Source: Planctomycetota bacterium | GTDB lineage: Bacteria > Planctomycetota > SZUA-567 > H5-PLA8 | Reading direction: 5' to 3' | DNA: 64,000 nucleotides | Assembly (NCBI GenBank): GCA_038227875.1 | Contig: JBBRPR010000009.1 | Span: forward strand, 96,001-160,000 | Part shown: in pieces, positions 9,215 to 17,982 of the stretch | How the letters are laid out: each line of letters opens with the position of its first letter | Position numbering within the stretch: position 1 is the first letter of the stretch | Program-made: the position numbers and the translations under genes | The notes under the pieces: model-generated | The model's input: the letters and a program-made list of their open reading frames with translations, nothing else | What the model was told of the DNA's origin: nothing | Database searches by the model: none

Positions 9215-10369
9215 ATGCGGCTAGTGATTGCGGGCGGTGGAACGGGCGGGCACCTCTTTCCGGGACTCGCGCTGGCGGAAGAGTTGCTTTCGCGCGGCGG
9301 CGATCACCAAGTCCTGTTCATGGGCGCGCGCGGAGGACTGGAAGAGCGCATCGTTCCGCTGCACGGCTACAAGCTGGAACTGCTGCCGTCCACCAAGGGC
9401 GGCTTTTTCAATTTCGGTGGACCGAGAAAGGCCTGGCAGAGCTGCAAGGGTTACTTCCAGGCGCGCCGCGCGATTCTCGCGTTTCAGGCCGACGCGGTGG
9501 TGGGGCTCGGCGGCTACGCGTCGGCTTTGCCGGCCGTCGCGGCGTGGGGCGTCGAAGTGCCGAGCATGATCATGGAACAGAACGTGATCCCCGGCCGCAC
9601 CAACCGCCATGTCGCGCGCTTCGTCAGTGAGATTGGCGTTCAGTTTTCGGAAGCGGCGAAGTACTTCGCCAATTCGCGTCTGGTCAAGCAACTCGGCAAC
9701 CCGCTGCGGAAGAAAGTCGTCCTCGCCGGCAAGGCCGCCACCGAACGGAACACGATGGCCAACGCCACGCTCCGCAACGAACCGACCGTGCTGGTCGTCG
9801 GCGGCTCGCAGGGCGCGCGCGCGTTGAACGAACTGGCTGTGAAGTGCTGGCCGAAACTCAAGCAGACGATTCCGGGCGTGAAGATGCTCCTGCTCTCCGG
9901 TCGCGCCGATGAACAGCGCACGGTCGAAGCCTTCGCCGCCGCTGGCGTGCGCGGACAGGTGATCGGCTTTACCGAATCGATGGAAGATTTGTACGCGCAG
10001 GCCGACGTGGTCCTGGCGCGCGCTGGAGCCACGACGCTGGCGGAGATCGCGGCGTTCGCTCTGCCTTCGGTGCTGGTGCCGTACCCGTTCGCGGCCGACG
10101 ACCATCAGACCGAGAATGCCAAGGCGTTCAGTTCGCGGGGCGCGGGCTGGATGATGATGCAGAAAAACATCGAGGCCGACCGCGTTGCTCAGCGTTTGGC
10201 CGATGCGGTGCTGCAGCCGGAACGCCGCCGCAAGATGGCGATGGCTGCCTCGGCGCTCGCCGCGCCCAACGCCGCGGCGACGGTGATTGACCGGCTGATG
10301 GATCTTTCCCGGCAGAATTCCGCTGCGCCGAGCGCGCAGCCGCAGAACGCGGGCATGGCCGTTGCCTAG
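9215..10369 (+). CDS. murG: Undecaprenyl-PP-MurNAc-pentapeptide GlcNAc transferase
   Basis: GGGTGGHLFP, GLGGYAS, EQNVIPGRTN, GNPLR, GGSQGA, RAGATT, DDHQTENA. Confidence 0.97.
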   Translation: MRLVIAGGGTGGHLFPGLALAEELLSRGGDHQVLFMGARGGLEERIVPLHGYKLELLPSTKGGFFNFGGPRKAWQSCKGYFQARRAILAFQADAVVGLGGYASALPAVAAWGVEVPSMIMEQNVIPGRTNRHVARFVSEIGVQFSEAAKYFANSRLVKQLGNPLRKKVVLAGKAATERNTMANATLRNEPTVLVVGGSQGARALNELAVKCWPKLKQTIPGVKMLLLSGRADEQRTVEAFAAAGVRGQVIGFTESMEDLYAQADVVLARAGATTLAEIAAFALPSVLVPYPFAADDHQTENAKAFSSRGAGWMMMQKNIEADRVAQRLADAVLQPERRRKMAMAASALAAPNAAATVIDRLMDLSRQNSAAPSAQPQNAGMAVA

Positions 10370-10402
10370 TTTTTCCCTCATCGAATCGCGGATTGAAATC
10401 CT

Positions 10403-11896
10403 ATGAGCATACTTGCGGTAAAAACTCCTCCTTCTCTCAAAGCCGTGACCGGTCCGGTGCTCGCGCGCTCGCTGATGGCGTCCGTGCCCGAATACCAGCC
10501 GCGCATGGATGCGGGATTGAACGGGCGACGCATTCACTTCATGGGCGCCGGCGGCATCGGCGTCAGCGCCTTGATGGAACTCTGCGCGGCGCGCGGCGCG
10601 ATCGTGAGCGGCTGCGATTGCTCGAGCGGCGGGCAAGTCGCTACGCTGCGCGCGAAAGGAATCAAAATTGAAACCGGCCACTGCGCCAGCCACATCGCCA
10701 ACTGCGATGAACTGGTCTACACAGCCGCGGTGAACCAGACGCATCCGGAAGTCGCCGAAGCGCTCCGCGCCGGCAAAACGGTGAGCCCTCGCATGCATAT
10801 GCTCGGCCGCATCGCCCGCGGCACGCGCGGCGTCTGCGTCACCGGCGCTCACGGAAAAACCACGACGACGTGGCTGATCGCCAACATGCTGATTACCGCG
10901 CAGCGCGACCCATCGGTGCTCGTCGGCGGCGTCGTTCAGAAACTCGGCGGAAACGTCCGCGTCGGCAAAGGCCGCGAATTCGTCGCGGAAGTCGACGAAT
11001 CCGACAACCGTCTCCACGAAGTCGTGCCGACGATTCCCGTCCTGACTAACATCGACAACGACCATCTCGACAACTACGGCACGGTCGACGCGATCGAAGT
11101 GGCCACCGAACGCTTCGTCGGTTCGCTCGACGCACGCGACCCGCTCTCCGTCCTGATCGGCTGCGGCGACGACGTGCGCGTGCGCCGCGTGCTGAGCAAT
11201 GCCAGCCGCGCCTCGCGCCGGCCGGTGCTCGCCTACGGTTTTGCCACCAGCAACGACGTCTGTGCGATCCACCTGCGCAGCGAAGGTCTCGGCTGGCGCT
11301 TCGATGTGCTCGGACCATTCGGTTACTGGAAGGACGTCGAGCTGCCGATGCCCGGCCAGCACAACGTCCTGAACGCGCTGGCGGCGATCTGCGTGGGCTG
11401 GCACCTGGGCCTGGAGCAGGATGTCATCCGCAAGAGCTTCTCTGAAATCGAACGCGTGGCGCGGCGCTTTGAAATCAAGGGCACCGTCCGCGGCATCCGC
11501 GTGATTGACGACTACGGCCACCATCCGACCGAGATCGCCGCGACGCTCGACGCCGCGCGCGCGTCGACGACGGGACGTTTGGCCGTGATCTTCCAGCCGC
11601 ACCGCTTCTCGCGGACGTCGCAGTTGATGGATCAGTTCGCGGATTGTTTTCATGCAGCTCAAAAAGTGATCCTGATGCCGATCTACGCGGCCAGCGAGAA
11701 ACCGATTCCGGGAGTCGACCACTACGCGCTGGCACGCGCCGTGTTGTCGCACGGACAGATTGACGTGGAAGTCGTAGGCAGCCGCGCGGACGCGATCACC
11801 GCCGCGGTGGCGTGGGCGAAATCCGGCGACACGATCATGACGCAGGGCGCGGGCGATATTACGAGGGCGGGCGATGAACTGGTATCACGGCTTTGA
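10403..11896 (+). CDS. murC: UDP-N-acetylmuramate--L-alanine ligase
   Basis: HFMGAGGIGVSAL, GAHGKTTT, EVDESD, NIDNDHLD, DDYGHHPTE, FQPHRFSRT. The true start may be a later Met. Confidence 0.95.
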   Translation: MSILAVKTPPSLKAVTGPVLARSLMASVPEYQPRMDAGLNGRRIHFMGAGGIGVSALMELCAARGAIVSGCDCSSGGQVATLRAKGIKIETGHCASHIANCDELVYTAAVNQTHPEVAEALRAGKTVSPRMHMLGRIARGTRGVCVTGAHGKTTTTWLIANMLITAQRDPSVLVGGVVQKLGGNVRVGKGREFVAEVDESDNRLHEVVPTIPVLTNIDNDHLDNYGTVDAIEVATERFVGSLDARDPLSVLIGCGDDVRVRRVLSNASRASRRPVLAYGFATSNDVCAIHLRSEGLGWRFDVLGPFGYWKDVELPMPGQHNVLNALAAICVGWHLGLEQDVIRKSFSEIERVARRFEIKGTVRGIRVIDDYGHHPTEIAATLDAARASTTGRLAVIFQPHRFSRTSQLMDQFADCFHAAQKVILMPIYAASEKPIPGVDHYALARAVLSHGQIDVEVVGSRADAITAAVAWAKSGDTIMTQGAGDITRAGDELVSRL

Positions 11897-12809
11897 GCGC
11901 GTCGTCAGGGAGAACGTCTCCCTGGCGAACTTGACGACCTATCGTGTCGGCGGTCCGGCGGAGTTCTTCGCCGAACCTTCGGATGCGCTGGTGCTCGGCC
12001 AGTTGCTCACCCGCACAGCAACCGACGGCATCAAGACGCGCTTCATGGGCGGCGGCACCAATCTGCTCGTCGCCGATGCCGGCGTCCGCGGCCTGACGGT
12101 GAAGCTGCCGAAGTACGCATTTGGTTATCTCTACCGCAAGAACACGCGCGTCCGCGTTGGCGCGGGACACAGCCTGCCGGCGCTGGTGAAGTGGAGCATC
12201 GCCAATGGACTCAGCGGACTGGAATGTTTGCAGGGCGTGCCTGGCACCGTGGGCGCCGCACTGCGCATGAACGCGGGCGGAAAATACGGCGAGATCTGCA
12301 GCCGCGTGCGCCGTGTCATGGGCTTCGAACGCACCGGAACGGCGTTTGACCTGAGCGCAGATGACTGCGGCTTTACGTACCGCAATTCCAACCTGCACGG
12401 CCGCATCGTGACCGGCTGTGAACTGGACTTGATGGAAGGCGATCCCGTACAGAGTCAGGCACTGGCCGACAAGATCATTCGCGAAAAATGCGCGAGCCAG
12501 CCCTTGAACGCGCGCTCCGCTGGTTGCGTCTTCAAAAACCCGAAGCTTCCCGGCGTCGCCCCGGCCGGAAAGCTGATCGACGACATGGGCCTGAAAGGCA
12601 CACGCGTCGGCGGCGCGCTGGTTTCCGATCTTCACGCCAATTTTCTCCTGTGCGACGGCCGCGCATCGGCCGATGACGTAGTGAAGTTGATTCGTTTAAT
12701 CCGCGAAATGGTCTACCGCGAACGCGGCGTGTACCTCGAGACCGAGATTGAGACGTGGGGCTTTGACGCGCAGGAGCTTGTTCCGTCTGTGTGCGTACGT
12801 GCTGCTTAG
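11874..12809 (+). CDS. murB: UDP-N-acetylenolpyruvoylglucosamine reductase
   Basis: TTYRVGGPAE, GGGTNLLV, GVPGTVGAALRMNAG, FTYRNS, SAGCVFKNP, HANF; overlaps the murC stop. Confidence 0.95.
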   Translation: MNWYHGFERVVRENVSLANLTTYRVGGPAEFFAEPSDALVLGQLLTRTATDGIKTRFMGGGTNLLVADAGVRGLTVKLPKYAFGYLYRKNTRVRVGAGHSLPALVKWSIANGLSGLECLQGVPGTVGAALRMNAGGKYGEICSRVRRVMGFERTGTAFDLSADDCGFTYRNSNLHGRIVTGCELDLMEGDPVQSQALADKIIREKCASQPLNARSAGCVFKNPKLPGVAPAGKLIDDMGLKGTRVGGALVSDLHANFLLCDGRASADDVVKLIRLIREMVYRERGVYLETEIETWGFDAQELVPSVCVRAA

Positions 12810-12918
12810 CGCGGCGAGCGCGGCCAAGCCGCGAGGGGTCAGGGGTCAGGGGCCAGGGGTCAGAGTAGACGAGCGTTGCGCGAGAATGCGACAGGCACGG
12901 AGATTGATGGACGGTTGA

Positions 12919-12958
12919 ACAGCAGAACAGCAGAACAGCAGAACAGCAGGAACGGCAG
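12919..12958 (+). repeat. Octamer tandem repeat (ACAGCAGA)x~4 upstream of the four-helix-bundle gene
   Basis: acagcagaacagcagaacagcagaacagcaggaacggcag. Confidence 0.85.
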
Positions 12959-12975
12959 GTTTTGAGGAACGCGGT

Positions 12976-13365
12976 GTGAGTGTGGAGCGGATTCGCGATT
13001 TTCGAGATTTGATCATTTGGAAGAAGGCCATTGAGTTTGCTAAAGAGGTCTACGTGCTGACCGCGACGTTTCCGAAAGACGAACGGTTTGGATTGGTCGC
13101 GCAGTTGAGAAGATCATCAGTCTCTGTTTCATCGAATGTTGCCGAAGGACACGCCCGACAGGGAAAGGAATTCGCGTACTTTCTGTCGATTGCTCGCGGA
13201 TCATTAGCGGAAGCGGAAAGTCAGCTCTTCCTCGCAGTTGAACTCGGATTCTTAAGACCGCAAGACCTGAAAAGTGTTACGGGCCTTTCTGAAGAGATCC
13301 GCCGAATCGCAGCAAAGCTAGCGCGCACTCTAAGCGCTCGCCCAATTCTGACCCCTGGCCCCTGA
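12976..13365 (+). CDS. Four-helix-bundle protein (23S rRNA intervening-sequence protein / bAvd-like family)
   Basis: FRDLIIWKKA...FPKDERFGLVAQLRRSSVSVSSNVAEG...FLSIARGSLAEAESQL; RBS GAGG; more AT-rich than its neighbours. Confidence 0.92.
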   Translation: MSVERIRDFRDLIIWKKAIEFAKEVYVLTATFPKDERFGLVAQLRRSSVSVSSNVAEGHARQGKEFAYFLSIARGSLAEAESQLFLAVELGFLRPQDLKSVTGLSEEIRRIAAKLARTLSARPILTPGP

Positions 13366-13411
13366 CCCCTGACCCCTCGCGGCTCTGCCGCGGTGAACGG
13401 AGACGAAACAA

Positions 13412-14359
13412 ATGAGCGATCTACTCAAAGGCCTGGCGATTGGCGTGCTGTATGGCGGTCCTTCTTCCGAGCGCGAAGTTTCGATTGAGTCTGGGGAGAA
13501 TGTTGCGTCGGCTTTGGAGAAGGCGGGGCATGATGTTCATCGCGTGCTCCTCGATGGATCGTTTACGGCGAAGGATGCGCAGTCTCTTGGAATTGATGTC
13601 GCGTTTCTGGCTCTGCATGGTGAATTCGGTGAAGACGGCGTGATCCAGGGGATTCTGGAAGCGGCGGACCTTCCGTACACGGGCAGCGGAGTGGATGCGT
13701 CGTCGACAGCCTTCGACAAGGTGTTGGCCAAGCGCGCGTTTGAGAACCACAACCTCCGCACGCCGGCCTGGATGTCGCTGGACGTTTCCGAATTGGAAAA
13801 GGCCGGTGGCTTCAACGGGCTGTGCCTGATTCCGCCGATGGTCGTGAAACCGGCGACGGGCGGGTCGAGTCTGGGCGTCACCATCGTTCGCGACGAGTCG
13901 CAGGTGACTCCGGCGGTCAACAAGGCTTTCGAATACGCCGACACGATCATCGTGGAACGCTACATCAAGGGCCGCGAAGTAACGGTCGGGGTGCTGGGTG
14001 ATTCGGCACTGCCGGTCGCGGAACTGAAGATTGCTGGCGAGTTTTTCGATTACCAATCGAAGTACACCGACAACGGTACGACGGTGGTCTGCCCCGCGGA
14101 CCTCAACGAGATTCTCGCCGCGTGCGTGCAGTCGCTGGGCCTCGCCGCGCACCGCGCACTGGGTTGCCGCGATTACTCGCGCACCGACATCATCATCGGC
14201 GAAGACGGCCTGCCGTGGGTATTGGAAGTCAACACGCTGCCCGGCATGACATCACATAGTCTCCTTCCGCGCGCCGCGGGTGCGATGGGCAAGAGCTACG
14301 CAGAACTGTGCGAAGAGATGCTGCGCATGGCCGTCACCCGTTCGCTGGCGCGAAAGTAG
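13412..14359 (+). CDS. ddl: D-alanine--D-alanine ligase
   Basis: GGPSSEREVS, LHGEFGEDG, PYTGSG, VKPATGGSSLG, FFDYQSKY, LEVNTLPGMTSHSL. Confidence 0.96.
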   Translation: MSDLLKGLAIGVLYGGPSSEREVSIESGENVASALEKAGHDVHRVLLDGSFTAKDAQSLGIDVAFLALHGEFGEDGVIQGILEAADLPYTGSGVDASSTAFDKVLAKRAFENHNLRTPAWMSLDVSELEKAGGFNGLCLIPPMVVKPATGGSSLGVTIVRDESQVTPAVNKAFEYADTIIVERYIKGREVTVGVLGDSALPVAELKIAGEFFDYQSKYTDNGTTVVCPADLNEILAACVQSLGLAAHRALGCRDYSRTDIIIGEDGLPWVLEVNTLPGMTSHSLLPRAAGAMGKSYAELCEEMLRMAVTRSLARK

Positions 14360-14457
14360 GCAGAAGGCAGCGGCAGTCAGCAGTCCGTGATTGGAATGCG
14401 TTCAGCAAAGAAATTATTCCGCTCGAAGAAATTGAGTTTAACGGGGAGAAGGTCGGA

Positions 14458-14495
14458 CGGCCCTGACTGCAAGCGAGTCAGGGCCGTTTCGTTTC
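14458..14495 (+). terminator. Probable intrinsic terminator between convergent ddl and pstS
   Basis: Stem-loop cggccctgact-gcaagcg-agtcagggccg followed by tttcgtttc. Confidence 0.6.
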
Positions 14496-14571
14496 TGCTG
14501 TTTTCTGTTCTGCCGTTTCTGTCCATTCCACCGACGCGCTGAGCGCGCAAACCTTCCGTGCTCACGCCAAA

Positions 14572-14612
14572 CTCTGGCCCCTGACCCCTGACCCCTCGCG
14601 GCTAAGCCGCGC
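14572..14612 (-). repeat. Solo arm of the GGGGTCA inverted-repeat family directly after the pstS stop
   Basis: The minus strand reads gcgcggcttagccgcgaggggtcaggggtcaggggccagag, matching the 12819 arm. Confidence 0.85.
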
Positions 14613-14617
14613 TGCGA

Positions 14618-15745
14618 CTACTTCAACACGGGTTTCCCGTCGAACTTGACGCTCTTCAGCTTCGCTTCGACTTTTGTCTGCAGTTCCGGGGAGAGCGGGG
14701 CGTAGGCGGGTTTGGCCATGGCCTGACCTTCGTGCACGCCCCAGTTGATGAACGTCACGATCTGCGTGGCCTGGTCGATGTTCTTCAGGTACGAGAGGTC
14801 TTCGTAGACCAGCAAGTAAGTGTAGCCGCTGATCGGATATGAGCCGTCGCCCGGCGCGTCGGTGATGCTCAGGCGCAGATCGTCGGGGAAGTCGGACGAG
14901 TTCTTCGCGGCTTCGATCACGCTCTCGACGGTGGGGCGCACGGGTTTGCCGGCTTTGTTGATCATCGTGGCGTAGGGGAGCTTGGCGTTTTCGGCATAGG
15001 CTAGTTCGGCGTAGCCGATCGAGCCGGCGGCGTTCTGGACGTTCTGGGCGACGCCGTCGCTGCCTTTTCCGCCGAGTCCCGTGGGCCATTTCAGCGAGGT
15101 GGCGAAACCAGCGGCGGCTTTCCAATCGGCGCTGACCTTGCTCAGGTAGTTGGTGAAAATCCACGTCGTGCCGGAGCCGTCAGAGCGGTGGACGACGGTG
15201 ATGTCCGTCGCGGGAAGTTGCACGCCGGCGTTGAGCGCCGCGATTTTCGGGTCGCTCCACTTGGTGATCTTGCCGAGGAAGATTTCGGCCAGCACGTCGC
15301 CGTTAAGCGTCAGATTTTTCGCTTCAGGCAGATTGTAGACCACGACCACTGGACCGGCGACGGTCGGTAGATGTAGCACGCCGGGCGCCGCTTTCAGCTG
15401 TTCGTCGGTGAGCGGCGCGTCGGAGCCGGCGAACTGGACGGTCTTGTCGGTGATGCCCTTGATCCCGCCGCCGGAACCGATCGCCTGGTAGTCGGCCTTC
15501 ACCGAGGAACTGAGCGTGTTGTACTGCGCGATCCATTTGGCGTAGAGCGGAGCGGGGAACGTCGCGCCAGCGCCGTGAAGTTCGACCGAAGCGCCGGACG
15601 TGGGCGTGGCGGGTGTTCCGGATGGCTTGGCAGTGTCAGGGCTGCCACAGCCGCTGAGCAGAAACGCGAAGCCCAGCGTGGCCGCCACGAAACGATGGTT
15701 GATGATTGAGAATTGATGAATGGGACGGCTTGCGTTTTGGCGCAT
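14618..15745 (-). CDS. pstS: Phosphate ABC transporter substrate-binding lipoprotein PstS (copy 2)
   Basis: Lipobox LLSGC, GAGATFPAPLY, IGSGGG, HRSDGSGTT, YPISGYTY. ATG at 15745 is preceded by GGAG. Confidence 0.93.
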   Translation of the reverse strand: MRQNASRPIHQFSIINHRFVAATLGFAFLLSGCGSPDTAKPSGTPATPTSGASVELHGAGATFPAPLYAKWIAQYNTLSSSVKADYQAIGSGGGIKGITDKTVQFAGSDAPLTDEQLKAAPGVLHLPTVAGPVVVVYNLPEAKNLTLNGDVLAEIFLGKITKWSDPKIAALNAGVQLPATDITVVHRSDGSGTTWIFTNYLSKVSADWKAAAGFATSLKWPTGLGGKGSDGVAQNVQNAAGSIGYAELAYAENAKLPYATMINKAGKPVRPTVESVIEAAKNSSDFPDDLRLSITDAPGDGSYPISGYTYLLVYEDLSYLKNIDQATQIVTFINWGVHEGQAMAKPAYAPLSPELQTKVEAKLKSVKFDGKPVLK

Positions 15746-15952
15746 GTTATTCTCCAAACCAATAATGTTCCGGGAGGTAGGACAGTAAACGTTCGGGCGG
15801 GAGATTCAAACGAATGATGAAAAGGCAATAGCGTCGGTAGCGATTGAGCGTTCAGGGACGAAACGTCGAGGTCGTTGGTTTTTGGTGGTCGCAAATTTGC
15901 GACCACGGTTTTGCGCACAATGCAAGAATGCGCAATGTGAGTCGATCCGGAC

Positions 15953-17965
15953 TTACCGCGGCTGCATCTTGTTTCGGGAGACGTAGCGGACGATCAGGCT
16001 CAGCACGAGGATCACGAAGATCAGCACCAGCATTCCAGCCCACGCCTGGCGCTTCCAGTCGGCTTCGGCGGAGGTGACGTACTTGAAGATCTGGAGCGTC
16101 AGGGACGGGAACTGTTTGCGGGGGTCGACGACGTCGAGGTCGCTGCCCATCGCGGTGAAGAGCAGCGGCGCGGTTTCGCCGGCGATGCGGGCGACGGCGA
16201 GCATGATGCCCGTGACGATTCCGCTGCTGGCGGCGGGGAGCACCACTTTCAGCAGTGTGTGGTACTTGGCGCTGCCCAGGGCCATCGAGCCTTCGCGGTA
16301 GCTGGGCGGGACGAGTTTGAGCATTTCCTCGGTCGTCTTGGCGATGATCGGACACATCATGAAGGCCAGTGCCAGCGCACCGGCCAGGCCCGACTGCGTA
16401 TGCGTGGGGACGACCACGAGCTGATAGGCCAGCACGCCGATGATGATCGACGGCGTTCCGGCGAGCACATCGACCAGCAGCCGGATGACGTGGCTGAGTC
16501 GCGAACCGTTGGAGTATTCGGCCAGGTAGACGCCGCAGAGCATGCCCAGCGGAATGCCGATCAGGCTGGCCAGCCCTATCAGGATCAGCGTGCCGACGAT
16601 ACAGTTTCGCATGCCCGTTGGCGTGCCCACGGGGCCCGGCAGCTTGGTGAAGAAATCGAGGCTCAGGCTGGACGCGCCCATGAACAGGACGTAGCCGATG
16701 ATCAGGCCAAGCAGGGCGAGCGTCAGCGTCGCGGCGGCGATGCACAGAATCACCATGATCTTGCTGAACACGCGCACAAACGTGTTGTTGTGAGCGATGG
16801 CGATGTGCGGAATCGCCACGGGCGTGGTGGGCGAGACCGCGGAGGAATGGACGACGTCCGTGGACTTGGCCGGCTTGGGATTGCCCAGGCCGAAGGGCAG
16901 CAGCGAGCGGAGCCCGCCGGGCTTGGTGGTGCTGTTGACCATGACGCGGGCGATCAGATTCATGGTGAACGTCATCACCAGCAGGACCAGCGCGACGTAG
17001 ATCAGGGCGCTGACGTATTGTGGTTTGTCGGCTTCGGCGAATTCGTTGGCGAGCAGACTGGCCATGGTCTGAGCGGGCTGGAGCAGGCTGGCGCTGATCG
17101 AGTTGCTGTTGCCGATTACCATGACCACGGCCATCGTTTCACCGACGGCGCGGGCCAGACCGAGCATAATGGCACCGAAGATGCCGGTCTTGCCGTAGTT
17201 GAGCACCACCAGGGTGGCCTGCCACCACGTCGCACCGAGAGCGTAGGCGCCTTCGTCGAGATCCTTGGGGATCGAGCGCAGGACGTCGCGGGTGACGGAG
17301 GTGATGATCGGGATGATCATGATCGCCAGGACCATGCCCGCAGCGAGCATGCTCACGCCGACGGCCGGTCCGGAGAAGAGCGCGCCGATCACGGGCACTT
17401 TGCCCAGCGTGGCTTTGAGGAAGGGCATCAGGGTTTTCTGCAAAATCGGGACGAGCACCGCCACGCCCCAGAAACCGTAGGCGATACTGGGAATCGCGGC
17501 GAGCAGTTCAATCATGAAGGCGGTGGGGCCGACCATCCAGCGCGGGGCGAGGCGGACGAGAAACACCGCCGAACCGATGCTCACCGGAACCGCCAACGCC
17601 AGCGCGATCAGAGAGCTGACGATGGTTCCGAAAATGACCGGCAGCGCGCCGAACTGTTCTTCGACGGGATTCCATTCGCTGTCGAAAAGGAATTTCCATT
17701 TGTACTGCATGATCGCCGGCCAGGCGCTGTAGGTCAGCACCACGGCCAGCAACAGGACCAGGCCAATGATCGTCAAGCCGCCAGCGACGCAGGTGCCAAC
17801 GGTGAGGTTGTCGGCAAATTTGCGGAACTTGGCTTTGGCAATGGCCGGGTCGGGTGGGGCGGCACCTGAGTTGGAGGCTTCATTGACGGTGAGCGACGGC
17901 ATGTGGGGTTCTCTCGGTACTGCGCCAATGGAAGCCCAACGTGTGGCCGGGGTAGGTTCGGCCAC
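15953..17965 (-). CDS. pstCA: Fused phosphate ABC permease PstC-PstA
   Basis: The N-half is PstC-like (ELLAAIPSIAYGFWG, EGAYALGATWW, ARAVGETMAV) and the C-half PstA-like (GVYLAEY, LAGTPSI, REGSMALG, ARIAGETAPLLFT). Both lie in one 670-aa frame joined by a Pro/Ser linker. Confidence 0.9.
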   Translation of the reverse strand: MAEPTPATRWASIGAVPREPHMPSLTVNEASNSGAAPPDPAIAKAKFRKFADNLTVGTCVAGGLTIIGLVLLLAVVLTYSAWPAIMQYKWKFLFDSEWNPVEEQFGALPVIFGTIVSSLIALALAVPVSIGSAVFLVRLAPRWMVGPTAFMIELLAAIPSIAYGFWGVAVLVPILQKTLMPFLKATLGKVPVIGALFSGPAVGVSMLAAGMVLAIMIIPIITSVTRDVLRSIPKDLDEGAYALGATWWQATLVVLNYGKTGIFGAIMLGLARAVGETMAVVMVIGNSNSISASLLQPAQTMASLLANEFAEADKPQYVSALIYVALVLLVMTFTMNLIARVMVNSTTKPGGLRSLLPFGLGNPKPAKSTDVVHSSAVSPTTPVAIPHIAIAHNNTFVRVFSKIMVILCIAAATLTLALLGLIIGYVLFMGASSLSLDFFTKLPGPVGTPTGMRNCIVGTLILIGLASLIGIPLGMLCGVYLAEYSNGSRLSHVIRLLVDVLAGTPSIIIGVLAYQLVVVPTHTQSGLAGALALAFMMCPIIAKTTEEMLKLVPPSYREGSMALGSAKYHTLLKVVLPAASSGIVTGIMLAVARIAGETAPLLFTAMGSDLDVVDPRKQFPSLTLQIFKYVTSAEADWKRQAWAGMLVLIFVILVLSLIVRYVSRNKMQPR

Positions 17966-17982
17966 ACGCCGGGCAGATACAC

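Larger units (their letters stand above)
12819..13392. mobile_element. Putative inserted element: 46-bp terminal inverted repeats (small GC hairpin plus GGGGTCA heptamers) enclosing an 8-mer repeat tract and a four-helix-bundle gene
   Basis: The left arm (12819-12864) and right arm (13347-13392) are reverse complements with 2 mismatches, both in the loop of the terminal hairpin. Mobility is inferred, not shown. Confidence 0.65.

Noticed and set aside
9221..11752. 843-aa minus-strand ORF and other long antisense ORFs (e.g. 35664-37727, 27552-29477, 59298-60956, 16259-17869)
   Set aside because: Shadow ORFs opposite well-supported genes; expected in high-GC DNA, Arg-rich and motif-free.
12976..13365. 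Diversity-generating retroelement suggested by the Avd-like protein
   Set aside because: No reverse transcriptase and no template/variable repeat pair differing at adenines seen in the window.
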